54,830 bases of DNA from NCBI GenBank assembly GCA_000989765.1, contig LBOW01000011.1, positions 1 through 54,830 on the forward strand, read 5' to 3'. The position numbers and the translations under genes are program-made. The DNA comes from Candidatus Woesebacteria bacterium GW2011_GWB1_33_22 (GTDB taxonomy: Bacteria > Patescibacteriota > Microgenomatia > UBA8517). The notes beneath the pieces were generated by a model. That model was not told the DNA's origin and did no database searches. It saw nothing but the letters and a program-made list of their open reading frames with translations. Each line of letters opens with the position of its first letter. The stretch's first letter is position 1. Positions 17,844 through 25,977 of this stretch are shown piece by piece.

Positions 17844-18033
17844 GTTACCAAACATTATTATACTTATGATTTTGTCGTTAATCACTGTTCTCTTTTGGAT
17901 TTCTGCTACTGTTTACTATGCTTTTACAGCCAAACCGACACCAAATGTACCAACTGAAATACTTCAAGACTTGAATCCTAGATTGGATAATGTAACCTTA
18001 GATCAAATTGAAACAAAAACATACCCACAATGA
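17830..18033 (+). CDS. Small single-pass membrane protein
   Basis: 67 aa with one TM. Start and stop overlap the neighbouring genes. Confidence 0.4.
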   Translation: MKKNKLPNIIILMILSLITVLFWISATVYYAFTAKPTPNVPTEILQDLNPRLDNVTLDQIETKTYPQ

Positions 18034-19316
18034 AAAAAAATATAAAACTACCAACAATCCTTGGAATAATTATTCTAAGTCTTGGTCTTGTGGCTGGAGT
18101 CTTTTTAATCAATTCGCGTCAAATTTTCAAACTGGGAGCCCAATCTGAAGCAAGTCCCCAAAGTGTTCGGGTTTCAAATATCACAGACACTTCAGTTACA
18201 GTTACATGGACAACAAATATTGAAACTAGCGGTTTTGTTAAATGGGGAGAAAATATATCTAAATTAAATCAAATTTCCTCAGAAGAAGCCGAGGACAAGA
18301 ATTTTATACATTCAATGGATTTAATTGATATTAAACCAGATTCAGATATTTTTTTTGTAATTGGTTCAAATAATGAAACCTATGACAACAATAGCCTAGC
18401 ATGGCAAGCTAAAACGAATACTCAACCAACCACACAAGGTAACTCCTTAATTGCTACTGGTACAATTTTACAAGCAGATGCAAAAACACCCGCAAACGCT
18501 CTTGTATATTTATCAATAAACGGAATAATTTTATCAAATATTACTTCTTATGAGGGAAGTTGGATAATTCCAATCACTAATTATATAGCCAGTATACCAG
18601 AATCAAGCGTAATAGAAATAACAGTTAGTGGTGGCCCGTTGGGAACATCTCAAGCAGTAATTTATCCTAAGGCTGTTAAATCGGTACCCACAATAGTTCT
18701 TGGTAAAACATATGACTTTAGAACCTTGGAAGCAAATAATAATAACAATTTACCTGAAAGTTCTGTTTCGGTTCCAGAGTCGGTTGACAAATCTTCGAGA
18801 TTTGAAGTAACAAAACCAAGCGAAACTAATGATGCAAATGTAAGTTTAGACTCTATTGATAATGGAGAAATAATTACAACAACAGATCCAGAGTTCTTTG
18901 GTAAAGGCCCTGCAGGTGTAACTCTTGAGGTATCAGTGGAATCTGATCCACAGTCTGGAACTACAACAACATCTTCAAATGGAAGTTGGAGTTGGAGTCC
19001 ACCATCAAATCTTGAACCTGGGGAACACACCGTAACAGTTAAATGGACCGACGCAACAGGGATAATAAGAACAATTCAAAGAAACTTTGTGGTATCAGCA
19101 TCTGAAGGTCCCGCCTTTGAGTCTACCCCTTCAGCCTCGATTTTACCAACAACTAAACCAACAAGCTCTCCTGTCTCAGTTTCAACGTCATCAAGCTCTC
19201 CTCAACCTGTTCCTGAAACTGGAAACTTGACAGCAACTTTAGGACTCTTCATAATGGGATTAGGAATACTTTTATCAAGTATTTATGTTTGGAATAAAGA
19301 ATATGCCGAAACTTAA
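18030..19316 (+). CDS. Surface protein with Fn3-like and Ig-like domains and a C-terminal PETG-TM sorting-type signal
   Basis: N-terminal TM, VRVSNITDTSVTVTWTT (Fn3-like) and GEHTVTVKWTD (Ig-like). C-terminus VPETG plus a hydrophobic stretch plus KEY. Confidence 0.55.
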   Translation: MKKNIKLPTILGIIILSLGLVAGVFLINSRQIFKLGAQSEASPQSVRVSNITDTSVTVTWTTNIETSGFVKWGENISKLNQISSEEAEDKNFIHSMDLIDIKPDSDIFFVIGSNNETYDNNSLAWQAKTNTQPTTQGNSLIATGTILQADAKTPANALVYLSINGIILSNITSYEGSWIIPITNYIASIPESSVIEITVSGGPLGTSQAVIYPKAVKSVPTIVLGKTYDFRTLEANNNNNLPESSVSVPESVDKSSRFEVTKPSETNDANVSLDSIDNGEIITTTDPEFFGKGPAGVTLEVSVESDPQSGTTTTSSNGSWSWSPPSNLEPGEHTVTVKWTDATGIIRTIQRNFVVSASEGPAFESTPSASILPTTKPTSSPVSVSTSSSSPQPVPETGNLTATLGLFIMGLGILLSSIYVWNKEYAET

Positions 19317-20295
19317 AAAGTTAAACTTCAAAAAAACTTTAACAAAAAATAAATTTTTTTCTATATTTACTTTAATTATCCTAATCTTCGCCGTCCTTGC
19401 AGGAATTCTGTTAGTTCAACAAAACCAAAATATCAAAGAGAGGGCAGGCGAAAGTTGTAGTGTAGCCGAAGCAATACTTTGTAATAACGAAGGTAAAGGT
19501 TGTAAAGATGGAAAATGTGTAGAAACCAGTGGCGGTGGAGGAGGAAGTGGCGGGAATACTAATATCAATTGTAGTGTAGCCGAAGCAATACTTTGTAATA
19601 ACGAAGGTAAAGGTTGTAAAGATGGAAAATGTAATTGTAGTGTAGCCGAAGCAATACTTTGTAATAACGAAGGTAAAGGTTGTAAAGATGGAAAATGTGT
19701 TAGTAGTGGAGGTGGAGATAACGATCCTGTTAATTCGGGTTGTTCAACAGCAGAATATTCATTATGTGTTATATCAGGAATGAATTGTAAGGATGGAAAA
19801 TGTATCACAACAGATAGTAGTGGTGGTGGAGACGGAAACGACAGTGGTTCTGGAGGAAATACTGGTGGAAGTAATGGTGCAGGTGGCGGAAATGGAGGAG
19901 CAATTGTTCAATATATTTTACAATTTTTCTTTGCTTCAATTGATATTAAAGGTGGAGTGATAGCGGGAGATAAAAAATTTACTAAGGAAGTCTGTCCAAA
20001 CACTGATTTTGTAACAGATGTTAACTTGGACGCAATAGCCAAACTTAAAAATAAAACTTTAACAGCCGTCTGGGATTGTATCGGACCAGATTTTACTTTT
20101 TATCAAAAAAGGGTTAAGTCTGGTGATTATAAAATTACTTTAGTACCCCCAGCAGGATATAGTTGTGAAAGCATAACTGTAAACAACAGGAGTACAAACG
20201 AAATAATTAAAACAGAGAATAACACTTGTTCTATAGATTTAAAACTTAAGGGAAAGACCGCCCCGATGTATATTCAGTATGAAGTTAAGAAGTAA
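19303..20295 (+). CDS. Membrane-anchored protein with four 21-aa 4-Cys modules (start 19285 or 19303)
   Basis: CSVAEAILCNNEGKGCKDGKC x3 plus one diverged copy, Gly-rich linkers and a C-terminal beta-rich domain. Confidence 0.55.
   Translation: MPKLKKLNFKKTLTKNKFFSIFTLIILIFAVLAGILLVQQNQNIKERAGESCSVAEAILCNNEGKGCKDGKCVETSGGGGGSGGNTNINCSVAEAILCNNEGKGCKDGKCNCSVAEAILCNNEGKGCKDGKCVSSGGGDNDPVNSGCSTAEYSLCVISGMNCKDGKCITTDSSGGGDGNDSGSGGNTGGSNGAGGGNGGAIVQYILQFFFASIDIKGGVIAGDKKFTKEVCPNTDFVTDVNLDAIAKLKNKTLTAVWDCIGPDFTFYQKRVKSGDYKITLVPPAGYSCESITVNNRSTNEIIKTENNTCSIDLKLKGKTAPMYIQYEVKK
19456..19698 (+). repeat. Three identical 63-bp coding repeats (19456, 19570, 19636); diverged fourth copy at 19741..19803
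   Basis: The three 63-mers are identical at every base. The spacers are 51 and 3 bp. Confidence 0.95.
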
Positions 20296-20297
20296 AG

Positions 20298-21353
20298 TTA
20301 TTTGAAATAATTTCTGTAAGCAAAATTTACCTGTTCTAAAAAAAGTCTTTTAACATGAAATAAACTTCCTTGTTCGTAAAATAAAATTAACGCCTTTTTA
20401 TATTCATCTATATCAATACTTCTGTATGAAAGCGGGTAATTATCATAGGCAAGTAAAATTGCATTTACAAGCATTCTACTTGTTCTTTTGTTGCCATCTG
20501 AATATGGCTGAATATACGGAATCATTACAGTAGCAATAAAAGCTTTTTCCAAATTACTTTTATCATTATTTACCAATTCTAAGGTTTCATTCATTGCATC
20601 CTCAATTTGAAATTTATTATCAATAGGAATATAAACTGTTCCTGTAATACCTACCGCTTCACTTCTTATTCCTGTATTTATGTTTAAATCCTTGACAATA
20701 ATATTATGCAGTTGATTTATCTTTGAAATTGATAAATCTTTGAAATTTTCTCTATCTTTTAAAATTTCTTCAAATGCACTTTTATGATTTAAAATCATTG
20801 TTACCTCGTTTTTTGAATGTCCTTCTGCAAAAATACCTTTTTTAATTAGTTCTTCCGTCTCCAACAAAGAATATGTGTTACCTTCAATCTTAGATGATTT
20901 CCATGAAAGCTCGATTACAAATCTCTCTAATTCTTTTTTATATATGTCAAAACTCAAATTTGAAATCCTGCTTGAAAAACTTTGACTTACATTTTGAACT
21001 TCTTTTAACTCTAAATCAGAAAAAAGATTTTTCAAGTGTTTCAAAACACCAAAATCAAATGATTTTTTAGTGCCAACTCTTTGGTCAGGATCTAATTTAA
21101 AATATGATTCTAAATCAAAATACCTTAAGAGTGGATTTTTTTCTATTGTATAATATTTTGTACTTGAAGCTTTCCCTTCAATTTTTATCAATTTGCTATT
21201 TAACAAAATATTCAGATCTCGAATTAGTGTTGGTCTTGAAACAGACTCGATTTCTTCAAGGAGATTTCTGATATCTTCGCGGGAAATCCCGTCGGATTGA
21301 CTGATTATATTTAAAACTAATTTTTGTCTATTTGATAAGATCGTCTCATTCAT
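20298..21353 (-). CDS. Fic-family protein with N-terminal wHTH; active-site His replaced by Gln
   Basis: Inhibitory-helix motif SSKIEGN (S/TxxxEG/N). The Fic motif reads QPYSDGNKRTSR instead of HxFxxGNxRxxR. Confidence 0.8.
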   Translation of the reverse strand: MNETILSNRQKLVLNIISQSDGISREDIRNLLEEIESVSRPTLIRDLNILLNSKLIKIEGKASSTKYYTIEKNPLLRYFDLESYFKLDPDQRVGTKKSFDFGVLKHLKNLFSDLELKEVQNVSQSFSSRISNLSFDIYKKELERFVIELSWKSSKIEGNTYSLLETEELIKKGIFAEGHSKNEVTMILNHKSAFEEILKDRENFKDLSISKINQLHNIIVKDLNINTGIRSEAVGITGTVYIPIDNKFQIEDAMNETLELVNNDKSNLEKAFIATVMIPYIQPYSDGNKRTSRMLVNAILLAYDNYPLSYRSIDIDEYKKALILFYEQGSLFHVKRLFLEQVNFAYRNYFK

Positions 21354-21382
21354 ACATCAACATCGTCTCATTTTGAGACGAT
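21340..21382. promoter_or_regulatory. Repeated ATCGTCTCATT motif and 8-bp palindrome at the fic 5' end
   Basis: atcgtctcatt at 21340 and 21362. atcgtctc-atttt-gagacgat spans 21362..21382. Confidence 0.45.
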
Positions 21383-21613
21383 CGTGTCAATATTATAACA
21401 ATATTTTCTTGTTGTGGTGGCAGTAGTTGTAAGTTTACTTGAAATATAAAGCCTTATTTTAGTGATGAAATAATTAAACTGCATGAAAAGGTCGATAAAC
21501 AAATTAAATCAGACAATAAAATTGCAAAAACTTTAATCAAAATTAGAAAAATTCGATTAGAACTAAATAAAAAATATAGTAAAAAGGATCAATTAGAGGT
21601 AAAATACGCATAC

Positions 21614-21642
21614 TTGACACACTCTAATAGAATCTTCATAAT
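21614..21642 (+). promoter_or_regulatory. Candidate promoter for the 21660 operon
   Basis: TTGACA-17 nt-CATAAT, 17 nt upstream of the ATG. Confidence 0.5.
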
Positions 21643-21659
21643 GAAATGAAGTAGACAAT

Positions 21660-22523
21660 ATGCCCAATAACGACGATAACAATCAAACACAAAAAACCAG
21701 CAATCCAATAATTGTAGATGAGGGAATACTTCCACCCATGCCTCAAGCTGGTGATCAGTCAACAGTGATCAGTGAACAGTTAGACACAACTCCTGCAACT
21801 GTGGCAGTAAATGGTTCAGCAGCTCCAAGTAACGATATTGTTATGCCAGAAATTGTTGGTACTACCCCACCAAAAAAGAAATTTGCGGGTGGAAAAGTGA
21901 TTGCAACAATTTTGGGTTTGTTTTTCTTAATTGGAGGTGTTGGCGCAGGGGTATATTTAACAGGACAAGATCAAAATGTAAACGAGAAAGCAGATGAGAT
22001 TGGGTATCGACTCGAACAAAAATGTACTAAACAGGGATATGATCCAAGATGGTGCTGGGAATCCTCTGATACCATTTGTGGAACAGATCCTGGTCATCCT
22101 ATAGAATGCACCAAGGTGCAAGCAGACTGGGAAGCTGAGGGGTGGGAATGTAACTCAGTCACCGAACCGTGTGGTGGTCAAGGTGGAGGTGGAGGAAATG
22201 TTAATCCTCAATGTGTAGGGCCAGCTGAGGCATATGATACAAGCTGGAACAAATTAAGTAATACCCAGCTTTCTCAAATTAAAGTTGGAGATAAAATCAG
22301 ATTTACCATATCTGACAGAATGGGTGCAACAGGTAGTACTTTGACAGGAAAAGCAAAAAAGGCACGATTTACGATCAACGGAGTATTAAGACCAGAGGTT
22401 ACTACTAAAGATCCTAGTGATAACAAATTTTATGATGAATATACGGTTACGACCACCGATCTTGGTTTAACAATATTTACAGTTAAGGCTGAAGTAGGGG
22501 TATTAAATAACTGGGCAGATTAA
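21660..22523 (+). CDS. Membrane-anchored Cys-rich extracellular protein
   Basis: One TM (VIATILGLFFLIGGVGAGVYL), a Cys/Trp-rich module, a G-rich linker and a C-terminal beta domain. Confidence 0.45.
   Translation: MPNNDDNNQTQKTSNPIIVDEGILPPMPQAGDQSTVISEQLDTTPATVAVNGSAAPSNDIVMPEIVGTTPPKKKFAGGKVIATILGLFFLIGGVGAGVYLTGQDQNVNEKADEIGYRLEQKCTKQGYDPRWCWESSDTICGTDPGHPIECTKVQADWEAEGWECNSVTEPCGGQGGGGGNVNPQCVGPAEAYDTSWNKLSNTQLSQIKVGDKIRFTISDRMGATGSTLTGKAKKARFTINGVLRPEVTTKDPSDNKFYDEYTVTTTDLGLTIFTVKAEVGVLNNWAD
21751..21785. repeat. Degenerate heptamer array (GTGAWCA type)
   Basis: gtgatca gtcaaca gtgatca gtgaaca gttagac. Encodes GDQSTVISEQLD. Confidence 0.8.
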
Positions 22524-22533
22524 TTAATAAATT

Positions 22534-23076
22534 ATGAAAAATAAATATACAATTATTGGAATAATAGCAACAACAATAGTATTAGCGGGGGTTGCAATTT
22601 ATACTGCAATTAGACTTTATCAAACAAGACAAACTGCAGTTGCCCCAAATGTTCCATCCAGTCAACCTCGGGCTGCAAACCCAGCTTGCTCAATGTCCTT
22701 TACACTAAGCGAAGGAAGTTCTACACCAACAGCAACAAGTACTGCAACAGCTACAGCGACAGGAACAGCAACTGCTACATCAACATCTACTGCAACAGCT
22801 ACAGCGACAGCTACATCAAATCCGCAATGTAACAACAACTGTTCTGAAAATACAGATTGTCCAAATGGTTTAATGTGTTACAAAACAAGTGGGGCAACTA
22901 CTGGATCTTGTAGAAACACAAGTTGTTTAACTGAAACAGATTGTCTTTGCCCAGTCCCAACGTCAACTGCAACTTCACAACCAGAACTACCTTCAGTTGG
23001 TACAACATGGCCAACTATAGTTGGAACAGGTTTTGGAATACTTGTAATATTGGGCTCATTACTACTCGCCTTTTAA
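22534..23076 (+). CDS. Small anchored protein: N-terminal TM, Thr/Ala/Ser tract, 8-Cys module, LPSVG-TM C-terminus
   Basis: TATSTATATATGTATATSTSTATATATATS, then CNNNCSENTDCPNGLMCY..C..C..C.C, ending in ELPSVG plus a hydrophobic tail. Confidence 0.5.
   Translation: MKNKYTIIGIIATTIVLAGVAIYTAIRLYQTRQTAVAPNVPSSQPRAANPACSMSFTLSEGSSTPTATSTATATATGTATATSTSTATATATATSNPQCNNNCSENTDCPNGLMCYKTSGATTGSCRNTSCLTETDCLCPVPTSTATSQPELPSVGTTWPTIVGTGFGILVILGSLLLAF
22723..22819 (+). repeat. Low-complexity ACAGCW tract with a 22-bp direct repeat (22741, 22789)
   Basis: actgcaacagctacagcgacag occurs twice. Confidence 0.85.
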
Positions 23077-23085
23077 ACAAGATTG

Positions 23086-23150
23086 TCAGTGGACTCAGTA
23101 CACTCAGCAAATCAGCAACTTCAGTGAATCGGTAAAACAAAACTGATAAT
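23086..23150. repeat. Left flanking array of TCAG-containing 7-9-mers
   Basis: gtcagtg gactcag tacactcag caaatcag caacttcag tgaatcgg ... aactgataat. Confidence 0.75.
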
Positions 23151-23157
23151 ATAAATA

Positions 23158-23520
23158 ATGATCAAAAGTATTAATGATTTGGAAGTTTATAAAGAATCAC
23201 TTAACTTACTTGAACTACTTTACTCTGTTTTTCAAAAAATTCCTAAATCTGAATATGACGTGTCGCACAACTGTAAACGTGCTGCAAAATCTATTCCTTC
23301 AAATTTAACAGAAGGATTTGCAAAGAGATCATCTGGACCTACTTTTAAAAATCACTTGAAAATTTGTATTGGCTCAAGCGATGAGGTGGTTGCTCACCTA
23401 CAAACTTTGTCGATTACTGTTCCTTATTTAAAACCAAAATTTAAAGATTTGTCCGAAAGTTATATTGTGTTGTCAAAAAGATTAAACTCTCTTTACAAAA
23501 ACTGGAAATATAATAATTGA
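23158..23520 (+). CDS. Four-helix-bundle protein (TIGR02436 / 23S rRNA IVS protein / Avd-like family)
   Basis: 120 aa. DLEVYKESLNLLELLYSVFQKIPKSEY ... RAAKSIPSNLTEGFAKRS ... IGSSDEVVAHLQ matches the family pattern as I know it. Confidence 0.75.
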   Translation: MIKSINDLEVYKESLNLLELLYSVFQKIPKSEYDVSHNCKRAAKSIPSNLTEGFAKRSSGPTFKNHLKICIGSSDEVVAHLQTLSITVPYLKPKFKDLSESYIVLSKRLNSLYKNWKYNN

Positions 23521-23580
23521 CAGGTTGAATCACTGATAAACTGACCCACTGAGTTCACTGAGTACACCGATTATCTGAAG
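23521..23580. repeat. Right flanking array carrying inverted copies of the left-flank motifs
   Basis: cactgagttcactgagt is the inverse of actcagtacactcag (left flank). accgattatctgaag is the inverse of cttcagtgaatcggt (left flank). Confidence 0.75.
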
Positions 23581-25977
23581 TTATCTCCAGCTTGAAAACC
23601 AATAATAACTTTCATCTAATTTTAATGGTATTCTTAATCCTATCCAGTGAGGGTAAAAGTAAATAAACAATAAGAAACTAGAAACTAGAATATAGAATCT
23701 AGCTTTTGGAAAGCGACGAAGTATATACCCTGCTGCAATTGCCAAAAATGGAATTGAGGGGAGGTAATGATACAAAAACATAATACGGGGGCTTGCAATC
23801 CAGGGTAAAAAGAAAATAAGATATGAAAAAATAACAAACCCAAGTTTTTTAACCTTCTCTTTTGCAGAAATTAAAACTGATAATATAATTGAGTAAAGTC
23901 CAAACCAAAAAATAATTGGATTACCAAAAGCATAAATTCGGGCTACTTGTCCATTAACATCTCCCCCATCATACAAATAAATTGGTCTTAAAAGTAATGG
24001 CCAACTCCAAGCCTGTGATGTGTATGGGTGTTCCGCTACTAGATTAGTATGATACCACCACATTTGTTTTTGAACCTCTACAAATTGATCCCAGGTGTGA
24101 CCTGTGGCAAACATAACTCCGTAACTTGCTATGTAAATAATAACTGGAAAAATTAAAAATGAAAGATAACTTAACTTTATTTTCTTTCTAAAAACAAAGT
24201 GAGATACAAACAGAATTGGCAAACTATAAATTGCTGACCACTTAGAAGAAATGGCAAGTCCAAACGCTATACTTGAAAGTAAGTTTTTGTCTCTAACAAA
24301 AAGATAAATAGATAATAAAGAGAAGAATAATAAATATGAATCATTCATTCCAATTCTACTCATAACCAGCGCTAAACCGTCTAGAGAAAATACAATTGCA
24401 GAAAGAAGACCTATTAATTTATCGTTGAATATGGTTCTAGCTAACAAATAAACTAAAAATACTGAAGCTGTACCTAGAATTGCTTGAACGATTCTCCATC
24501 CAAAAGCATTTTCACCAAAAGCAAGCATTCCAATTACCATTCCAAGTTTAGCAACAGGAGGATGTGTCCACTCATAGGCAAAACCTTCAGGATGTGGATT
24601 CCACCATTCCCAAGCTTTAGGATCATTATGTAAAACTAGTCCTGCAGTAAAGGCATGATATACCTCGTCAAAATATTTTTCTTTTGGTAAATTAAGCTGA
24701 TATATCCTAGTTACTAAACTAAAAAGTAAAACCGTTGCAAGAAAAATTTTATTTAATTTATTAGATATATCTTTGCTAGCAAAATAATTTTTTTGTGATA
24801 AATAATTTAATTTAATTCTTAAGTTAAGCTTAATTTTCTTAAAAATCGAAAAAATAGATAGACCTAAAAATGAAAGGTTGGCAATAATCAAAATTTTAAT
24901 TAAAATTGGATTAAATATTTCTTTAAAGTTATCTGTTATCCAATAATATGCATACGACAAGTTAGCAGTATAAGTTAAAGATAATCCTACGTAAGTAATT
25001 ATCAAAACTGGGTTCGTTGCTGTTGCAATAAGAAGAGGCGCTAATACTGGCAACAGATGTCTTTCATGCATTCTAGTTAAGAAAAGAAAAGTAATAAACA
25101 ACGAGAAAGCAGAAATTAGATATTCTCCATTTATAATTTTCTTTTTGTAAATAATTAAAGTAATTAGTGTAATTAGAATAATTGATATACCAAGACCAAT
25201 CCAAATCGTAACATCATCTGGTTTCCAAAAACCAAAAAGACCCCAAAAGGAAAAGGCATTAACAGAACCATACGGATATTGGTTGGCAGAAACAGAAAGC
25301 CTATTCAAGATAAATTGCCATAAGTTATTTGAATTATTGAAAGGAATAAAACCAACAATAAAAACAAGTAACCCACTAATACTGTAAATCAGTAATTCAA
25401 AAAATTTCTTTTTATTTTTTATGAATAAATATAATATCGCAGGTAAAATAAAGGCTGCTTGAGGTTTAATAAGAGTACCTAATGCTAAGCTGATAGCGGA
25501 TAGCTGATAGCTTATAGGGAAAATAAAAACAGAGAATAGGGAAAACAAAGCGGTCAAGCTGTCTACCTGACCCCAAAGGGAAGAGTTTGCAAAAACTGCA
25601 GCATTAAATAAATATATTAATGAAAAAAATATACCCTTTTTTTTACCAACTATTTTATATATAAGATAACCAGTTGCCAAATCGGCTAAAATTGCAGGTA
25701 GTTTAAATAAAATTACTTGCAGGTTCGGAACCAGCAAATTTATTTTTCCCAAAAACCATAATACATATAAATATCCTGGTAAATAATCTGACCAGTTGTT
25801 ATAGAATATCTTAAAACCACTCACCGCCAATGAATTCCCCCAAGCAATAAAGGTTCCTTGATCAAGCTGTAATGTTCCAAAGTTGGCTAAAAATAATCTA
25901 AACAAAAAGGCAACAATCAAAACATATATAATATCAGGTATGTTTGGTAAAAATAAAAATCTTCTTATTCTATTCAT
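23581..25977 (-). CDS. Double GT-C membrane glycosyltransferase (N-terminal GT-C-like module fused to a GT39/PMT-type module)
   Basis: 798 aa with more than 20 TM segments. The second half has YFDEVYHAFTA ... THPPVAKL, typical of PMT/GT39. Confidence 0.7.
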   Translation of the reverse strand: MNRIRRFLFLPNIPDIIYVLIVAFLFRLFLANFGTLQLDQGTFIAWGNSLAVSGFKIFYNNWSDYLPGYLYVLWFLGKINLLVPNLQVILFKLPAILADLATGYLIYKIVGKKKGIFFSLIYLFNAAVFANSSLWGQVDSLTALFSLFSVFIFPISYQLSAISLALGTLIKPQAAFILPAILYLFIKNKKKFFELLIYSISGLLVFIVGFIPFNNSNNLWQFILNRLSVSANQYPYGSVNAFSFWGLFGFWKPDDVTIWIGLGISIILITLITLIIYKKKIINGEYLISAFSLFITFLFLTRMHERHLLPVLAPLLIATATNPVLIITYVGLSLTYTANLSYAYYWITDNFKEIFNPILIKILIIANLSFLGLSIFSIFKKIKLNLRIKLNYLSQKNYFASKDISNKLNKIFLATVLLFSLVTRIYQLNLPKEKYFDEVYHAFTAGLVLHNDPKAWEWWNPHPEGFAYEWTHPPVAKLGMVIGMLAFGENAFGWRIVQAILGTASVFLVYLLARTIFNDKLIGLLSAIVFSLDGLALVMSRIGMNDSYLLFFSLLSIYLFVRDKNLLSSIAFGLAISSKWSAIYSLPILFVSHFVFRKKIKLSYLSFLIFPVIIYIASYGVMFATGHTWDQFVEVQKQMWWYHTNLVAEHPYTSQAWSWPLLLRPIYLYDGGDVNGQVARIYAFGNPIIFWFGLYSIILSVLISAKEKVKKLGFVIFSYLIFFLPWIASPRIMFLYHYLPSIPFLAIAAGYILRRFPKARFYILVSSFLLFIYFYPHWIGLRIPLKLDESYYWFSSWR
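23674..23701. repeat. Degenerate heptamer array (CTAG type) in the GT39 3' region
   Basis: gaaacta gaaacta gaatata gaatcta. Encodes ARFYILVSSF. Confidence 0.8.
25484..25518. repeat. Degenerate heptamer array (ATAGC type)
   Basis: gctaagc tgatagc ggatagc tgatagc ttatagg. Encodes PISYQLSAISLA. Confidence 0.85.

Noticed and set aside
19456-19698. Considered the three identical 63-bp repeats as a possible CRISPR array
   Set aside because: They lie in one continuous ORF and encode a Cys module. The spacers are 51 and 3 bp, and there are no cas genes or leader.
9382-19808. Other shadow ORFs (9382..9591, 10046..10296, 11294..11563, 12748..13029, 13487..14014, 16327..16524, 16990..17211, 18662..19030, 19416..19808)
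   Set aside because: They are opposite-strand or alternative-frame reads of long, well-supported genes or repeats. No motifs were recognised.
23158-23520. Considered the Avd-like four-helix-bundle gene as part of a diversity-generating retroelement
   Set aside because: No reverse transcriptase ORF is present anywhere in the window. I found no template/variable repeat pair near the gene; its flanks are short heptamer-type arrays only.
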